Shown one piece after another: positions 1-9,860 of a stretch of DNA of 64,000 bases. The position numbers and the translations under genes were made by a program. The stretch comes from an uncultured Acidobacteriota bacterium. GTDB lineage: Bacteria; Acidobacteriota; Vicinamibacteria; Vicinamibacterales; UBA2999. Numbering within the stretch: position 1 is the first letter of the stretch; every line of letters starts with the position of its first letter. The notes below the pieces were generated by a model that saw only the letters and a list, made by a program, of their open reading frames with translations, was not told the origin of the DNA and made no database searches. Where the stretch lies: contig CAVUHC010000001.1 of assembly GCA_963741135.1 (NCBI GenBank), positions 3,322-67,321 on the forward strand, given 5' to 3'.

Positions 1-10
1 CGACCTGCCG

Positions 11-1147
11 ATGCTCAAATCCATGCTCCCGGGTGCTGCCAAGTACTGGGTAGCCAGGGCTTTCGAGGTATCGGACAAGGGCCAGGCGCTGCCGGTGCCA
101 CAGGTCGCCGACACCCGCGTGTCCATCAGTGGCGACCAGTCGTTCGACTCGTATCGGTCGGCCGCATCCCACTTCGGCGACCCGGAACTACCGGCGGATG
201 AGCAGTTGTTCTGGCAGCAGACCTGGTTCGACATTCGATTTCTCTATGAATTGCCCGCGGGCGAACCACGGGTGGTCGTCACGCCGCGCGTCGCCGGCCT
301 TGGCGTCAGGGTCTCGACGCGTCTCACGGCGATCGGTGCCGCCGGCCGGTCGCACACGTTTTCATTCGACGGCGACCCGGGTCCGATCGATCTCGAACCG
401 TACACGGTTGATACCCTCACGCAGTTCGTATCGCGCGGCGCCCGCTTTGTTGCCGGCAGCGCCGACATTCTGCTCCTGCTCTTCTGCCTGGTGCTTCCGT
501 TCCGCCGGTATCGTCAATTCTCGCCGGTGCTGATCTCGTTTGCCGCGGCGCTCGTCGTCGCCCTCACACTGGTCGCGGCCGGCGCGACGCCCCGCACCGT
601 GTGGTTCGGCCCGCTCGTCGAGGTTGTGGCGACGATCTGCATTCTGCTCGCGGCGTTGGCCAACATCGTCGGTCGTGTGACGCCCAGGCGGCGGGCGCTG
701 TTCGGCCTCGGCGCCGGGGCTGTCTTTGGATTCTTCACCGCGGCGGCGCTCGAACCACAGCTCCAGTTCGGCGGAACACATATCGCTGCGGCGGAACTCG
801 CCTTCGGCGCGGGGGTCGTCCTGGCGGTGACGCTGGTCGTCGGCCTGCTCCTGCCGGTGACCGTGCTGCTCTTCTCGTTCGCGAGAGTCGAACCGCTCGA
901 ACGGGTGATCGTGTCGGCACTCGCCGCCGACACGTCGTGGTCGTGGCTGGTCGACCGCTGGGCCCTATTCCGCAAAGTACCGCTCGAACCGAACTTCGAC
1001 GCGACGATGACGGCCTCGGCGCTGCAGACCCTGGCCGTCGTGGTGCTGATCGGCGGCGCCGTATGGTTTGTGAGCGAATGGCTGAAGTCGTTGCGCTTTA
1101 CCGACGAGGAAGTGGCGCCTCGCCAGAGCCAGGAACCCGCGCCGTGA
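11..1147 (+). CDS. HupE/UreJ-like membrane protein, probably 5'-truncated by the window edge
   Basis: Soluble N-domain (RVSISGDQSFDSY...FDGDPGPIDLEP) followed by several TM helices, with LLFCLVLPFRR and LQFGGTH matching the HupE/UreJ_2 layout; the usual His motifs are absent. Confidence 0.7.
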   Translation: MLKSMLPGAAKYWVARAFEVSDKGQALPVPQVADTRVSISGDQSFDSYRSAASHFGDPELPADEQLFWQQTWFDIRFLYELPAGEPRVVVTPRVAGLGVRVSTRLTAIGAAGRSHTFSFDGDPGPIDLEPYTVDTLTQFVSRGARFVAGSADILLLLFCLVLPFRRYRQFSPVLISFAAALVVALTLVAAGATPRTVWFGPLVEVVATICILLAALANIVGRVTPRRRALFGLGAGAVFGFFTAAALEPQLQFGGTHIAAAELAFGAGVVLAVTLVVGLLLPVTVLLFSFARVEPLERVIVSALAADTSWSWLVDRWALFRKVPLEPNFDATMTASALQTLAVVVLIGGAVWFVSEWLKSLRFTDEEVAPRQSQEPAP

Positions 1148-2451
1148 AACGGCTCGCTCTCGTGCTCGCGGCGCTCGTGCTGTGCCAGCCGACGAGGATG
1201 TCCGCCCACGACGTTCCGGATCGCGTAGACATCGCAATCCTCATCAAAGCCGAACACGATCGGCTGCGAATCCTCGCGAGGGTTCCCGCCAACGCGCTGA
1301 TCGATTTTCTGCTGCCGACGCAGGACTACGGCAACTGGGTCGACCTGACCAATGCCGACGTGCTCGCTACCGAGGCCGCGCGCGTGTGGATTGCCGGGAT
1401 GCTGTCGCTTCGTGAGAATGGCGCGACGCTTCCGACACCGCGGTTGTTGAAAGTGCGCCTCTCGCGGGTGAACGATCCGTCGTTCCTGACCTACGATGGC
1501 GCGTGGGGGCGGGTGAACGGTCCGCCGCTGGCGCCGGGGACGCTCGTCCTGCAGGAACAGGTGACAGTCGATGCGCTGCTCGAAGTACCGATTCGGTCGC
1601 CGGCCGCCGACATCGAGTTCCGACCGCGCTTCGGCCGACTCGGCGTGCTGGTCTACACCACGCTTACCTACCTGCCACCCGACGGCGAGAGTCAGCGCTT
1701 CTATTACGAAGGCGATCCGCCGGAGTTTTCGCTGAATCCGAGAACAGGAGACAGCGCGCGTCGGTTCTTCTCAGCAGGCCTCTGGCACGTTCTCGGCGAA
1801 ACCGACTATCTGATGTTCGCCCTGTGCATCGCCATGGCGTTCAGACGGGTGAAATCGCTGGCCGCATTTGCCGCGCTTGTCGCCGGCGCCGAGCTGGCCG
1901 CGCTTCTCGCGGCGCGCCTCTGGCTGTCGGCTGCACCATGGACGCCGGTGTTGTGCGGCGCGCTGGTGGTTGCGGTCACCGCCTGCGCAGGCATCGAAGC
2001 GATCGTCTCGGCTCGCAGTGAGCGGCGTGGATTTGCGGTGGTTGTCGGCGCGGTCTTTGGCGCGGCGTTCTGGTCGGCGCTGCAGCCGGTGGTGCAGTTC
2101 GGCGGAGCTCACACGCTGGTCGCAGCCCTTGCCTTTGCGTGCGGCCTGGTCGCGACACAACTATCGGCGCTGGCAGTTGCGGCTTTCATCGTTTTTCTGA
2201 TCATGCGCGTGTCGCGTGTGCCCCGCGGCATCATCATCGTGGTTGCGGCGCTCGTCGTGCATGTGTCGTGGCAACAGATGCTCGATCACGTCCACGCGCT
2301 GACGCTGGTCGGGCTGCCACTGACAACACGTCAGCTGGCGCTGTCGGCCGCGCTGGCCGCGGTGATCATCGTCGCGGTTTCGTGGGGCCGGCCAGCAGCT
2401 CGAGCGCTGCGCCAGCCGGAATACCCCGCAGCACGGCTCCCGGCGCGATAG
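1144..2451 (+). CDS. Second HupE/UreJ-like membrane protein with signal peptide
   Basis: GTG at 1144 overlaps the upstream stop (GTGA); signal peptide then AHDVPDRV, YEGDPPEFSLNP and VQFGGAH; clear paralog of 11..1147. Confidence 0.7.
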   Translation: MKRLALVLAALVLCQPTRMSAHDVPDRVDIAILIKAEHDRLRILARVPANALIDFLLPTQDYGNWVDLTNADVLATEAARVWIAGMLSLRENGATLPTPRLLKVRLSRVNDPSFLTYDGAWGRVNGPPLAPGTLVLQEQVTVDALLEVPIRSPAADIEFRPRFGRLGVLVYTTLTYLPPDGESQRFYYEGDPPEFSLNPRTGDSARRFFSAGLWHVLGETDYLMFALCIAMAFRRVKSLAAFAALVAGAELAALLAARLWLSAAPWTPVLCGALVVAVTACAGIEAIVSARSERRGFAVVVGAVFGAAFWSALQPVVQFGGAHTLVAALAFACGLVATQLSALAVAAFIVFLIMRVSRVPRGIIIVVAALVVHVSWQQMLDHVHALTLVGLPLTTRQLALSAALAAVIIVAVSWGRPAARALRQPEYPAARLPAR

Positions 2452-3064
2452 CGAGCGGTCGGCGCAACAGGAACACGTGCGCGGTCGACGCCGAGTAGTC
2501 GTGCAACCAGACGAGGGGCGTAACGCGCCCGTCGGGGAACGCCACCGTAATCTTCGCGCTCTCGATTTTCCCGGCGTGGTCCACGCGGAAACCGTCGAGG
2601 ACGAACGCACCAGCGAAGGTGAACCTGTCGCGTGCGATGAGCGCGGCAGACGTCAATGTCTCCGGCGGTACTGCGGCGATGCGCGCGCTCGGCGGCAAAT
2701 CGTTCGGATTGCCTTCAGGTGCGCCACCATTCACCCAGTTCTCGACCAGCCCGAGTTCTTCCTGCGACAGGGCCTGTTCGTTGCGAAAGGTGCCGAAGCC
2801 TTTGACTGCGCCCCAAGGCGGCATGGTACGCCGCAGCACGCTATCTCTGATCGCCTGCGCCCAGGGATTGGCGTCCTGAAAGGTAACGAGCGAAAAGGCG
2901 CTGCTTCCCGGCTGATGGCACTGCGCACACCGCGCGTAGACGATGCGCGAGATCTCGCGATTCCAGGTCACTTTTGTCGTGACGTCATGCCCGGACAACG
3001 TGACGGTGCCACAAACGGCTATGGCTATCGCGCCCGACAGACACACCAGGCTGCGGCCTCGCAT
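2366..3064 (-). CDS. Exported monoheme cytochrome c domain protein
   Basis: Signal peptide, CAQCH heme motif, RRTMPPW distal Met motif and WVNGGAPEG. Confidence 0.75.
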   Translation of the reverse strand: MRGRSLVCLSGAIAIAVCGTVTLSGHDVTTKVTWNREISRIVYARCAQCHQPGSSAFSLVTFQDANPWAQAIRDSVLRRTMPPWGAVKGFGTFRNEQALSQEELGLVENWVNGGAPEGNPNDLPPSARIAAVPPETLTSAALIARDRFTFAGAFVLDGFRVDHAGKIESAKITVAFPDGRVTPLVWLHDYSASTAHVFLLRRPLAIAPGAVLRGIPAGAALELLAGPTKPRR

Positions 3065-3187
3065 AGTGTCGGTTATACCCTACCTGGCGCTCTCTCTCAT
3101 ACGCCCTGAACGGGGGCGCCCTCGGACGATCGAGTTAGACACCAGACGGAGGCGGACGGCGCCAGACGGGGTCGTTCCTGCCTTCTG

Positions 3188-3559
3188 TCAGGCGAACGGC
3201 CCAGCCGCGTCATCCTTGTAGCCGCAAAACAAACATCGGCCGAACTTCGGCGAAATCATCGCTTCACACTTGGGACACTTCTTCGCCCGCGCGGTCATCC
3301 CGTTGTCCGCCTGACCGTCACGCAGGTCGACCTCTACGATCTTCTTCCGCAGCTGCTCCTCAGAGATCCCGCTCGACTCCTGCATCAGTTCGAACATGGC
3401 ACACGAGATCAACGCCAGCTTGTCGACCTTCTCCTCAAGGCGAGACGCAGCATCACGGGCAACGCCGTCCTGAGTCCGTGATGCCTGAACGTCGCCGATT
3501 CTGTTGCCCAGCTCGGAAATCTGGCGCGACTGATAAAGATCCCAGATGATGCCAATCAT
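3188..3559 (-). CDS. Hypothetical protein with coiled coil and C-terminal zinc ribbon
   Basis: RBS (GGGAGG) upstream of ATG; CPKC...CLFC at the C-terminus. Confidence 0.65.
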   Translation of the reverse strand: MIGIIWDLYQSRQISELGNRIGDVQASRTQDGVARDAASRLEEKVDKLALISCAMFELMQESSGISEEQLRKKIVEVDLRDGQADNGMTARAKKCPKCEAMISPKFGRCLFCGYKDDAAGPFA

Positions 3560-3633
3560 GCGATCCTCCCTTGTTGCCGGTTGTATCGGCTTGGGGCCAT
3601 CAACAGGCCAACCAGGACGTCCGGCGGCGGACG

Positions 3634-3684
3634 CTCGTGATCGCCGAGTACCTCGAGCACTATCATCGTCTCAACTATTACGCG
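3634..3684 (+). mobile_element. Internally deleted remnant of an rve-type transposase 3' end
   Basis: Near-identical to 17924-17958 joined directly to 18058-18074. Confidence 0.7.
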
Positions 3685-3706
3685 TCGGTTTCTCCTCGGA
3701 GCCTTT

Positions 3707-4093
3707 ATGACCAGGTGGATTCGCAGATGGGTCGTAGCCGGCGGTGTCTTGGCCATTCTCGCGGTGCTTGCCCTTCCCGCGCTATCCCAGCCCGGGGACG
3801 ACGACGTGCTGAAGGTGATCCCCGAGAACTACAAGTTGCTGTTCCAGAACACCTTCGTCCGGGTCATCGATGCGCGTATTCCCCCGGGCGCTGAAGAGAA
3901 GCCCCATCGCCATCTGCGCGGCGTTAGCGTGTACATGACCAACAACATGACCGAAACGCGCATTCTTCCCGATGGCCAATGGGTCCGGTCAGAGCCCAAA
4001 GCCGGAACCGTCAACTGGAGCGATGCCAGCCTGCACGTCCTGCGCAACGTCGGCAAGTCGGAGATCCACACGATTCGAGTCGAGTTGAAGTGA
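3707..4093 (+). CDS. Exported cupin-like protein
   Basis: Signal peptide; YKLLFQN..VRV, EKPHRH and HVLRNVG..IHTIRVELK cupin pattern. Confidence 0.75.
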   Translation: MTRWIRRWVVAGGVLAILAVLALPALSQPGDDDVLKVIPENYKLLFQNTFVRVIDARIPPGAEEKPHRHLRGVSVYMTNNMTETRILPDGQWVRSEPKAGTVNWSDASLHVLRNVGKSEIHTIRVELK

Positions 4094-4567
4094 GCAGAAC
4101 ATGAACGCTGTCGGACTCGCCTGCGCCCCCTGGGGGACACTCGTCGCAGCCCGACGGAGTACATCGGGGACGTCCGGCACGCTTTCTTGCCGGCGCACCG
4201 TCTACTCCACTGCATTGCTCGATGATGTCATTGCGTCGATACGAGACCAGCAAGGGGGATGAGCGGCGTTCACCCAGCCTTTGGTCAGGCGCCGAAGACG
4301 CCGCGGCCGGCGGCGGGTGCCGCCGCCGAGCGAAAGCTCCGTCGACGAAGCCGGGCAGGCCGATGAACGGCGGGTTGTCGTTGTCTGCATGTACCGTTCA
4401 TCGCCGCATGTCTGAGGAGGGATTCAGCGTCGTCGTCTTCGGCGGACAGAAAAGGCAGAACATTGAAGCTGCGCGCCGGACCCGCATGCGATCGCGGAGC
4501 CGATTGCGTGTATCCAGGCCCGCGGAAATGAACTCGCGGCGGACGGAAGCAATCACGAACGAAGTGT

Positions 4568-4902
4568 CATGCTATCGCCGCGCAATGTCATGGAATCGGC
4601 GCTCCGCAGCATGGCAACGCCCGTCACATCGCCCCGATAACAGGGACCGAGCGCCGGCTGCAATGGCATCTCGCCACTCCAACATGGCATCTCAAGGCGA
4701 TGGGTACCAAGCGCGAGCGCAGTCATGGGTTTTTGATAGCAAAGACAGGGGATGCGGCCGCTACAACATGGCATCACGGCGGTGACGGCGTCAGAACGAC
4801 AGCTGCAACATGGCATCTCACGGCGATGACATGGCAACCGTGCGCGTCAACATGGCATCAAGCGGTAAACACAGGGGACGCGGTCTGCTACGCAATCGCA
4901 TC
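4568..4902. repeat. Degenerate 21-bp-period tandem repeat tract (core CATGGCATC)
   Basis: Core or variant at 4568, 4589, 4610, 4641, 4662, 4683, 4746, 4767, 4809, 4830, 4851, 4872. Confidence 0.75.
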
Positions 4903-4928
4903 GTGAGGACATTCACGCCATAAATGCG

Positions 4929-4954
4929 AAGAGGTCGCCCGAGGGCGACCTCTT
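4929..4954. terminator. Perfect hairpin AAGAGGTCGCCC-GA-GGGCGACCTCTT
   Basis: 12-bp inverted repeat lying within the recombinase-tail reading frame NAKRSPEGDL. Confidence 0.7.
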
Positions 4955-4974
4955 ACTGTTACTGCAAATAGCGA

Positions 4975-5030
4975 TGGTCGCGGGGGCTCTCAACCAACAT
5001 TATCTGCAGCTGTGGCGCCCGGCGGCTTGA
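4975..5030 (+). mobile_element. att scar 1: tRNA-fMet 3'-end core plus serine recombinase C-terminal tail
   Basis: TGGTCGCGGGGG matches the antisense tRNA-fMet end at 32262; reads MVAGALNQHYLQLWRPAA*. Confidence 0.65.
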
Positions 5031-5062
5031 GAGACTTGATTGCGGTACATTCCGCGCTTCTC

Positions 5063-5110
5063 GGCTCCTCAGGCTGGATTCGGACCAGCAACCGTCCGGT
5101 CAACAGGCGG
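5063..5110 (-). pseudogene. 3' half of tRNA-Asn(GTT), att remnant
   Basis: Minus strand CTGTTGACCGGACGGTTGCTGGTCCGAATCCAGCCTGAGGAGCC gives anticodon loop, T arm and acceptor strand; second copy at 26026. Confidence 0.65.
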
Positions 5111-5399
5111 AAAAGACGGCGTTAGCCGCCCTTTGCGGCCATGTGCTGGACCGTGCCGGATCGCGCCCCATCGCTCATGGAATCGGGCGATTCTCGACTT
5201 TCGGTTTGTGCCGCCACTTGCTGCCGTTTGCCGTTCCTTGTTGCACCGAAAGGGCAAGAAAAGGGCAACGTCCCGAAGGAAGGTATATAGGTGGCGCCGA
5301 TCTGAGTTTTGGAGAAGGACAGGCGGGCCGGTCGCGCGTCGAAGCGGCGGCAGATTGATTTTCTGACAGCTATAGCTGCGAAGCTCATTCCTCCTCTTC

Positions 5400-6527
5400 T
5401 CAGCGAGCTGCGGTTACCGTCCCGCCGCCCACCGGCTTGAACCGCTGGATCCGCCGACCGTCCAGCGACTCCGCAACGTAAACATTGCCTTTCGAATCTA
5501 CGGCAATACCGTGCGGGCTGGCGATGCCCCCCAATTGGTGGCTCCCCGGGCGGCCGAACTGCGACAGTTCCTTCCCAGAGACTCGATCGAAGACCCGAAT
5601 GAGTTTGTCGCTGAAATCGCCGACGTACATATACTTCTGGGCAGCGTCACGCGAAAGGGCGAGCGACCCGGCCCCGCCGTTGCCCGTATAGGGCGCCCGG
5701 AAGACGAGCGGCGTAGGAATATTTCGTTTGAAGGCACCTGTCTTGTCGAAGACTTGGATGCGGTCGCCGTTGCGGTCGCACACGTACAGCAAGCCGTCAT
5801 TTCCCATCACGACGCAGTGCACGATATCCACGAACACGCCGCCCACGCCTGCAGCGGCCTCGGCCGTCGTGCCCTGGCGCCCCCACTGCCGTAGGAACTT
5901 GCCGGTCTTATCGAAGACGGCGACGCGCTTGTTGCCGTAGCCGTCGGAGACGAACACCTCGCCGTTCACCGGGTCCACGGCGACGAGGGTCGGAGAATAG
6001 AACGCGACTGGACTCGCGTTCAGGAAGCGGGATTTCAGCGTGCCGTCCGTGGAGTCGACTTTGCCCTTGACGCCGATCTGCAGCAACAGCTTGCCGTCGC
6101 GGGAGTATTTCTGGATGAAACCGTCGCCGTTGCCGGCGATCCAGACATTTCCCTGTGCATCGAAGGAGCATCCGTGCAGCGCCTCCGCCATCACCTGACG
6201 ATCGCCCCAGGAGTTCACGACGTTGCCCGTCTGGTCGAATTCCATGACTGGCGGCGCGGCTTGCGCGATTTCCGAAATTCCCGGGTACAAGTTGGCGCGC
6301 GACAGGACGAAGATGTGGTCGTTCGCATCAACGCACACGCCGCCGAGCTCTCCCGTAACCCACCGCTCGGGCAGCGGCTTGGGCCAGGACGGATCGACCT
6401 CGAACTGTGGGCCGTTGAGGGCGGGTCGCGCGGATTGCGCACTCACCTCCATCGAGCGCCAGAACGGCGAGGAAAGGACCACCACCGCAATCAGCGCCAA
6501 CGCGCCCACGCACCTTTTCGTTGTCAT
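5400..6527 (-). CDS. Exported NHL-repeat beta-propeller (PAL-like)
   Basis: ATG 6527 with GGGAGGG RBS; FEVDPSWPKPLP, VSDGYGNKRVAVFD, VHCV, CDRNGDRIQVF and PHGIAVDSKGNVYVAE repeats. Confidence 0.85.
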   Translation of the reverse strand: MTTKRCVGALALIAVVVLSSPFWRSMEVSAQSARPALNGPQFEVDPSWPKPLPERWVTGELGGVCVDANDHIFVLSRANLYPGISEIAQAAPPVMEFDQTGNVVNSWGDRQVMAEALHGCSFDAQGNVWIAGNGDGFIQKYSRDGKLLLQIGVKGKVDSTDGTLKSRFLNASPVAFYSPTLVAVDPVNGEVFVSDGYGNKRVAVFDKTGKFLRQWGRQGTTAEAAAGVGGVFVDIVHCVVMGNDGLLYVCDRNGDRIQVFDKTGAFKRNIPTPLVFRAPYTGNGGAGSLALSRDAAQKYMYVGDFSDKLIRVFDRVSGKELSQFGRPGSHQLGGIASPHGIAVDSKGNVYVAESLDGRRIQRFKPVGGGTVTAAR

Positions 6528-7241
6528 TGAGCCCTCCCGAGTTGCCGAAGATGGAGCGACCGAGGTGCGAGCGATCAGCACCGGAACGGTTCAGACCGGG
6601 ATGTGAAGGATCGTCGACAGCCTAAGGCAGAAGACCGTGAATTATCGGCCCAGTCTTGGTACTCGTCAAGCTGGTTTCTCCCTTCGGCAGCCACAAGATG
6701 CAGCGAAACAGCCGGCCCGGGTTGACGAGAACGGCGGTAACGTGTTCGTCGATGAAGACAGTTCCTTGAACCCCTTGTATCCCATCAGTGGGCCGAGCCG
6801 TCGAATTCGGCACAAACTGCCGAGGCATCTTTCTGCGTGAAGGTGAATTGGCGCGAGAAATGGACGTCCGTGTGGCGAGACCCGGTCTCATCGAACCGGA
6901 CGTGCCGTTTTCCCGCATCCGGCTCTCCGACTGGTTTCACGTCAGACTCACGCAGTCAGCCGCACGAGTCGCGATTCCAGACGGAGCACGCCTAACTCGG
7001 CAAAGACGTGCTGCGGCCCAAATCGGCGCGTGTCTCGCGTAGGCACCTTTGCCGCCGTATGAGAAAGTGTTGCACGGCATCAGCAACGTAATGGTCGATG
7101 GCTCGGTAGGCCGGCACCCGGTCACCGCGATCCGCGGCGCCCGGAGAGGCCTGACCTGTGCTTGCGTACGTCGACCGGCGGTCGGAATTGCCCCCCTTGA
7201 TCGCCGCGCCGGCGGCCGGGTACGAGGCGGAGGGATCGCCT

Positions 7242-7436
7242 TCAGCAGAATCGCAGCCGGTATTCGCGCGGCGTCAAGCCCAGGTTTCGGTCGAAGACCA
7301 GCCGCATTCCGTCCGCGGTGCTCTAACCACACGGTGGGCAATCTCGCCGATGAACATCGTCGACTGTTCGAGGTATCGGCCCGCGCTCTCGAGCCTCGAC
7401 AACTCGACGAACTTCCCGGGGGTCATGCCGATCTCG
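7242..7436 (-). pseudogene. C-terminal fragment of a GlxA/AraC-family regulator cut by the IS
   Basis: GMTPGKFVELSRLESAGRYLEQS...MRLVFDRNLGLTPREYRLRF* with one frameshift; ends at the IS left TIR. Confidence 0.7.
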
Positions 7437-8522
7437 TGCGTTGGTGCATGAATCCTGCGGCCTGAGAAGTCCACGACTTGGATTCGCTCGATCGTTGTGA
7501 CGCCGCGACCACACTGAAGGGATGAATTCGAGAGTCCATCCCACGTACAAGACCAAGTACCGCGTCGCGAACTGGGCCTCCTACGATCGTGCCCTCGTCG
7601 GACGCGGCGACGTCACCCTGTGGGTGTCACCGGAGGCGATCGCCACCTGGGAGCCCGCGGGCGTCGGCACTCGCGGAGGGCAGCAGAAGTACTCCGACAT
7701 CGCCATCGAAACCGCACTGACGCTCCGTCTCCTCTTCCACCTGCCACTCCGTCAGACCGAGGGGTTCCTGCACTTCGCTCTTCGGGATGATGGGCCTCGA
7801 GCTCTCCGTGCCCGATCACACGACGCTCTCACGGCGCGGCCAGCTCCTCGACCTCACGCGTGCGTCGAGTCCCGACCGGCAAGGGCCTGTCATCTGATCG
7901 TCGACAGCACGGGACTGTCGATCGTGGGCGAAGGCGAGTGGGCCAGGGCGAAACATGGCGTACGCGGTACGCGCGGCTGGAAGAAGCTCCATCTGGCTGT
8001 CGACCGATCGGGTGTCATCATCGCCCACGCGCTGACCGAGGGCACTGTCGATGACGCGACGACGGCCATCGAACTGATCAAGGCGGTCGACGGTGACGTC
8101 GCCAGCGTCACGGGGGACGCGGCCTACGACTCGATCGCCTTCTACGATGCTGCTGGGTGCGCGTGGCGCGACCGTCGTGGTGCCACCGACCAAGACGGCA
8201 AGAGTGTCTCGACGGAAGCGGCGGTCGAGCGCTCGCGATCGCACGATTCGGAAGGTGACGCCGATCGGACGACGACAGTGGAAGAAGGCATCTGGCTACC
8301 ATCGGCAGGCCCGCGTGGAGAACGCCTTCTTCCGGTACAAGTCGATCATCGGCGAGAGGCTTCGCGCGCGCAGTCCGGCAGGGCAGGGGACGGAGGCCGT
8401 CCTCGCATGCAACATCCTCAATCAGATGACTCAGCGTGGCAGGCCTGCGTCGTACGCCATCGGGAGGTGACCGGCATGGGCTGGGATCGTTGCGGGCCCG
8501 CTCCGATTCATGCACCAACGCC
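7437..8522 (+). mobile_element. IS5 family (IS903 group) insertion sequence; transposase 7522..8470 frameshifted
   Basis: 18-bp TIRs (T/G)GCGTTGGTGCATGAATC; YRVANWASYDRALVGRGDVT, LIVDSTGL, WKKLHLAVD, GDAAYD and GYHRQARVENAFFRYK; no target-site duplication seen. Confidence 0.9.
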
Positions 8523-8544
8523 GGAAATAACGAAGGAGATGTTC

Positions 8545-9444
8545 ATGAAAACGGTACTTCTTGTGGGCGGGACGGGCAACCTTGGAACGCTGATTGGACG
8601 CGAGCTGCTGAAGAGAGGCGCTCGACTCCGCCTGCTGGTTCGACCAGGCAGCCGCTCCAAGGTGCCAGCGGATCTCGCACAAGGCGCAGAGATTGCCGAG
8701 GACGAACAGGCGGCATTCCAGGACGTCTTCAGCGTGGTGTCGGCGGTGCAGGGAGGTCCGGAGACGATCGTCGACGCGCAGTTGCGGTTCCTGCGTGCAG
8801 CGCGTCAAGCCGGCGTGCGACGCTTCATTGCGTCTGACTACTCGATGAATCTGTTCACTGTACCAGAAGGCGACAACGTCTCATCTGATCACAGGCGCGA
8901 GTTCGCACGCCGTGCAGACGTCGAACGCGGCGACGTAGAAGTAGTGCACGTGCTGAACGGTGCGTTTCTGGACCGTCGCGTGCTGTTCGGATTCCTCGGC
9001 GCCGTCAATCTCCAGAAGCGTGAAGCGTATGGCTGGGGCGACGGCCATGCGGAGATGCAGTTCACCACCTACGACGACACGGCTGCCTATACGGCGGCAG
9101 CGGCGCTGGACGACCAGCCCGTGCCCGACAAACTGTTCGTCGCCGGGGACTCGCTGTCGTTTGATCGCCTGGTCAAGGAAGTCGAGGCGGGCTTGGGTGC
9201 GCCGATCACAGTGAAATCCTTGGGATCGTTCAGCGAGCTCGATGCCGAGATCAAGAATCGGTACGCCGCCGAGCCGGCGAACGTTCCCGCGTGGCTACCG
9301 TTGATGTATTGGCGCGCCATGCTGAACGGCAGCGGAAAGCTGGGGCCGTTGATGAATGACCGCTACCCGGACATTCGACCGACCGGTGTTCGCGAGTACG
9401 TGTCGCGTCTGGCGACCGAACGCGCACCTCATGGAGCGCAGTGA
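8545..9444 (+). CDS. NmrA / isoflavone reductase-like NAD(P)-binding oxidoreductase
   Basis: AAGGAG RBS; LVGGTGNLG Rossmann motif and AARQAGVRRFIASDY. Confidence 0.85.
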   Translation: MKTVLLVGGTGNLGTLIGRELLKRGARLRLLVRPGSRSKVPADLAQGAEIAEDEQAAFQDVFSVVSAVQGGPETIVDAQLRFLRAARQAGVRRFIASDYSMNLFTVPEGDNVSSDHRREFARRADVERGDVEVVHVLNGAFLDRRVLFGFLGAVNLQKREAYGWGDGHAEMQFTTYDDTAAYTAAAALDDQPVPDKLFVAGDSLSFDRLVKEVEAGLGAPITVKSLGSFSELDAEIKNRYAAEPANVPAWLPLMYWRAMLNGSGKLGPLMNDRYPDIRPTGVREYVSRLATERAPHGAQ

Positions 9445-9644
9445 TGACCGTCTGACAGCGCTTCATCGGCTACGAATCCTGCGGATGTCTGTCCTTCGAT
9501 CGCCACTGACAGCAAGCCTGACGTGCCCCTAATGACCGGTGACCTTGTGATCGTCGGGAGCGGTGAACTGATAGTCCTGAATAGTCAAAGGAAGGCTGCG
9601 ACCGTTGCGTCGGATGGCTATCTAACCGAGGCGCGAGGCGATGT

Positions 9645-9757
9645 GCTGTCCTCGTCTGGGCAGCCAATCTGACAGCCAATCGCTTCGTCCATCCGCTTTG
9701 CGGCTTCGGCCTGCAAGTTCGGCAGAACGTGCGAGTAGGTATCGAGCGTGAGCGCGA
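9645..9757 (-). pseudogene. C-terminal tail of a tyrosine integrase with adjacent arm-like repeats
   Basis: Minus strand reads ALTLDTYSHVLPNLQAEAAKRMD (catalytic Tyr region); CAGCCAATC repeated at 9661 and 9673. Confidence 0.6.
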
Positions 9758-9860
9758 AGGTGGCAGGTGGCAGGCGGCAGGTGGGGTGGCAACAGGAGGA
9801 ACAGCTGCTAGATTGGGACGCACCGCTCCACTCCCTTCACCCGAAAGTCCACTCGCCCCG

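Noticed and set aside
4568-4902. CRISPR array
   Set aside because: The core is only 9 bp and degenerate, spacers are 12 bp, and no cas genes are present
6600-7240. Possible gene fragments between the NHL gene and the AraC remnant
   Set aside because: A short protein-like stretch (GCRPTEPSTITLLMPCNTFSYGG) is present, but I cannot assign a family or boundaries
7522-9444. 640-aa transposase-NmrA fusion ORF
   Set aside because: Frameshifts carry the frame through the IS right TIR; the NmrA-like gene has its own RBS and ATG at 8545
9759-9792. GGTGGCA heptamer run
   Set aside because: Only 3-4 imperfect copies at a junction; no evidence of function
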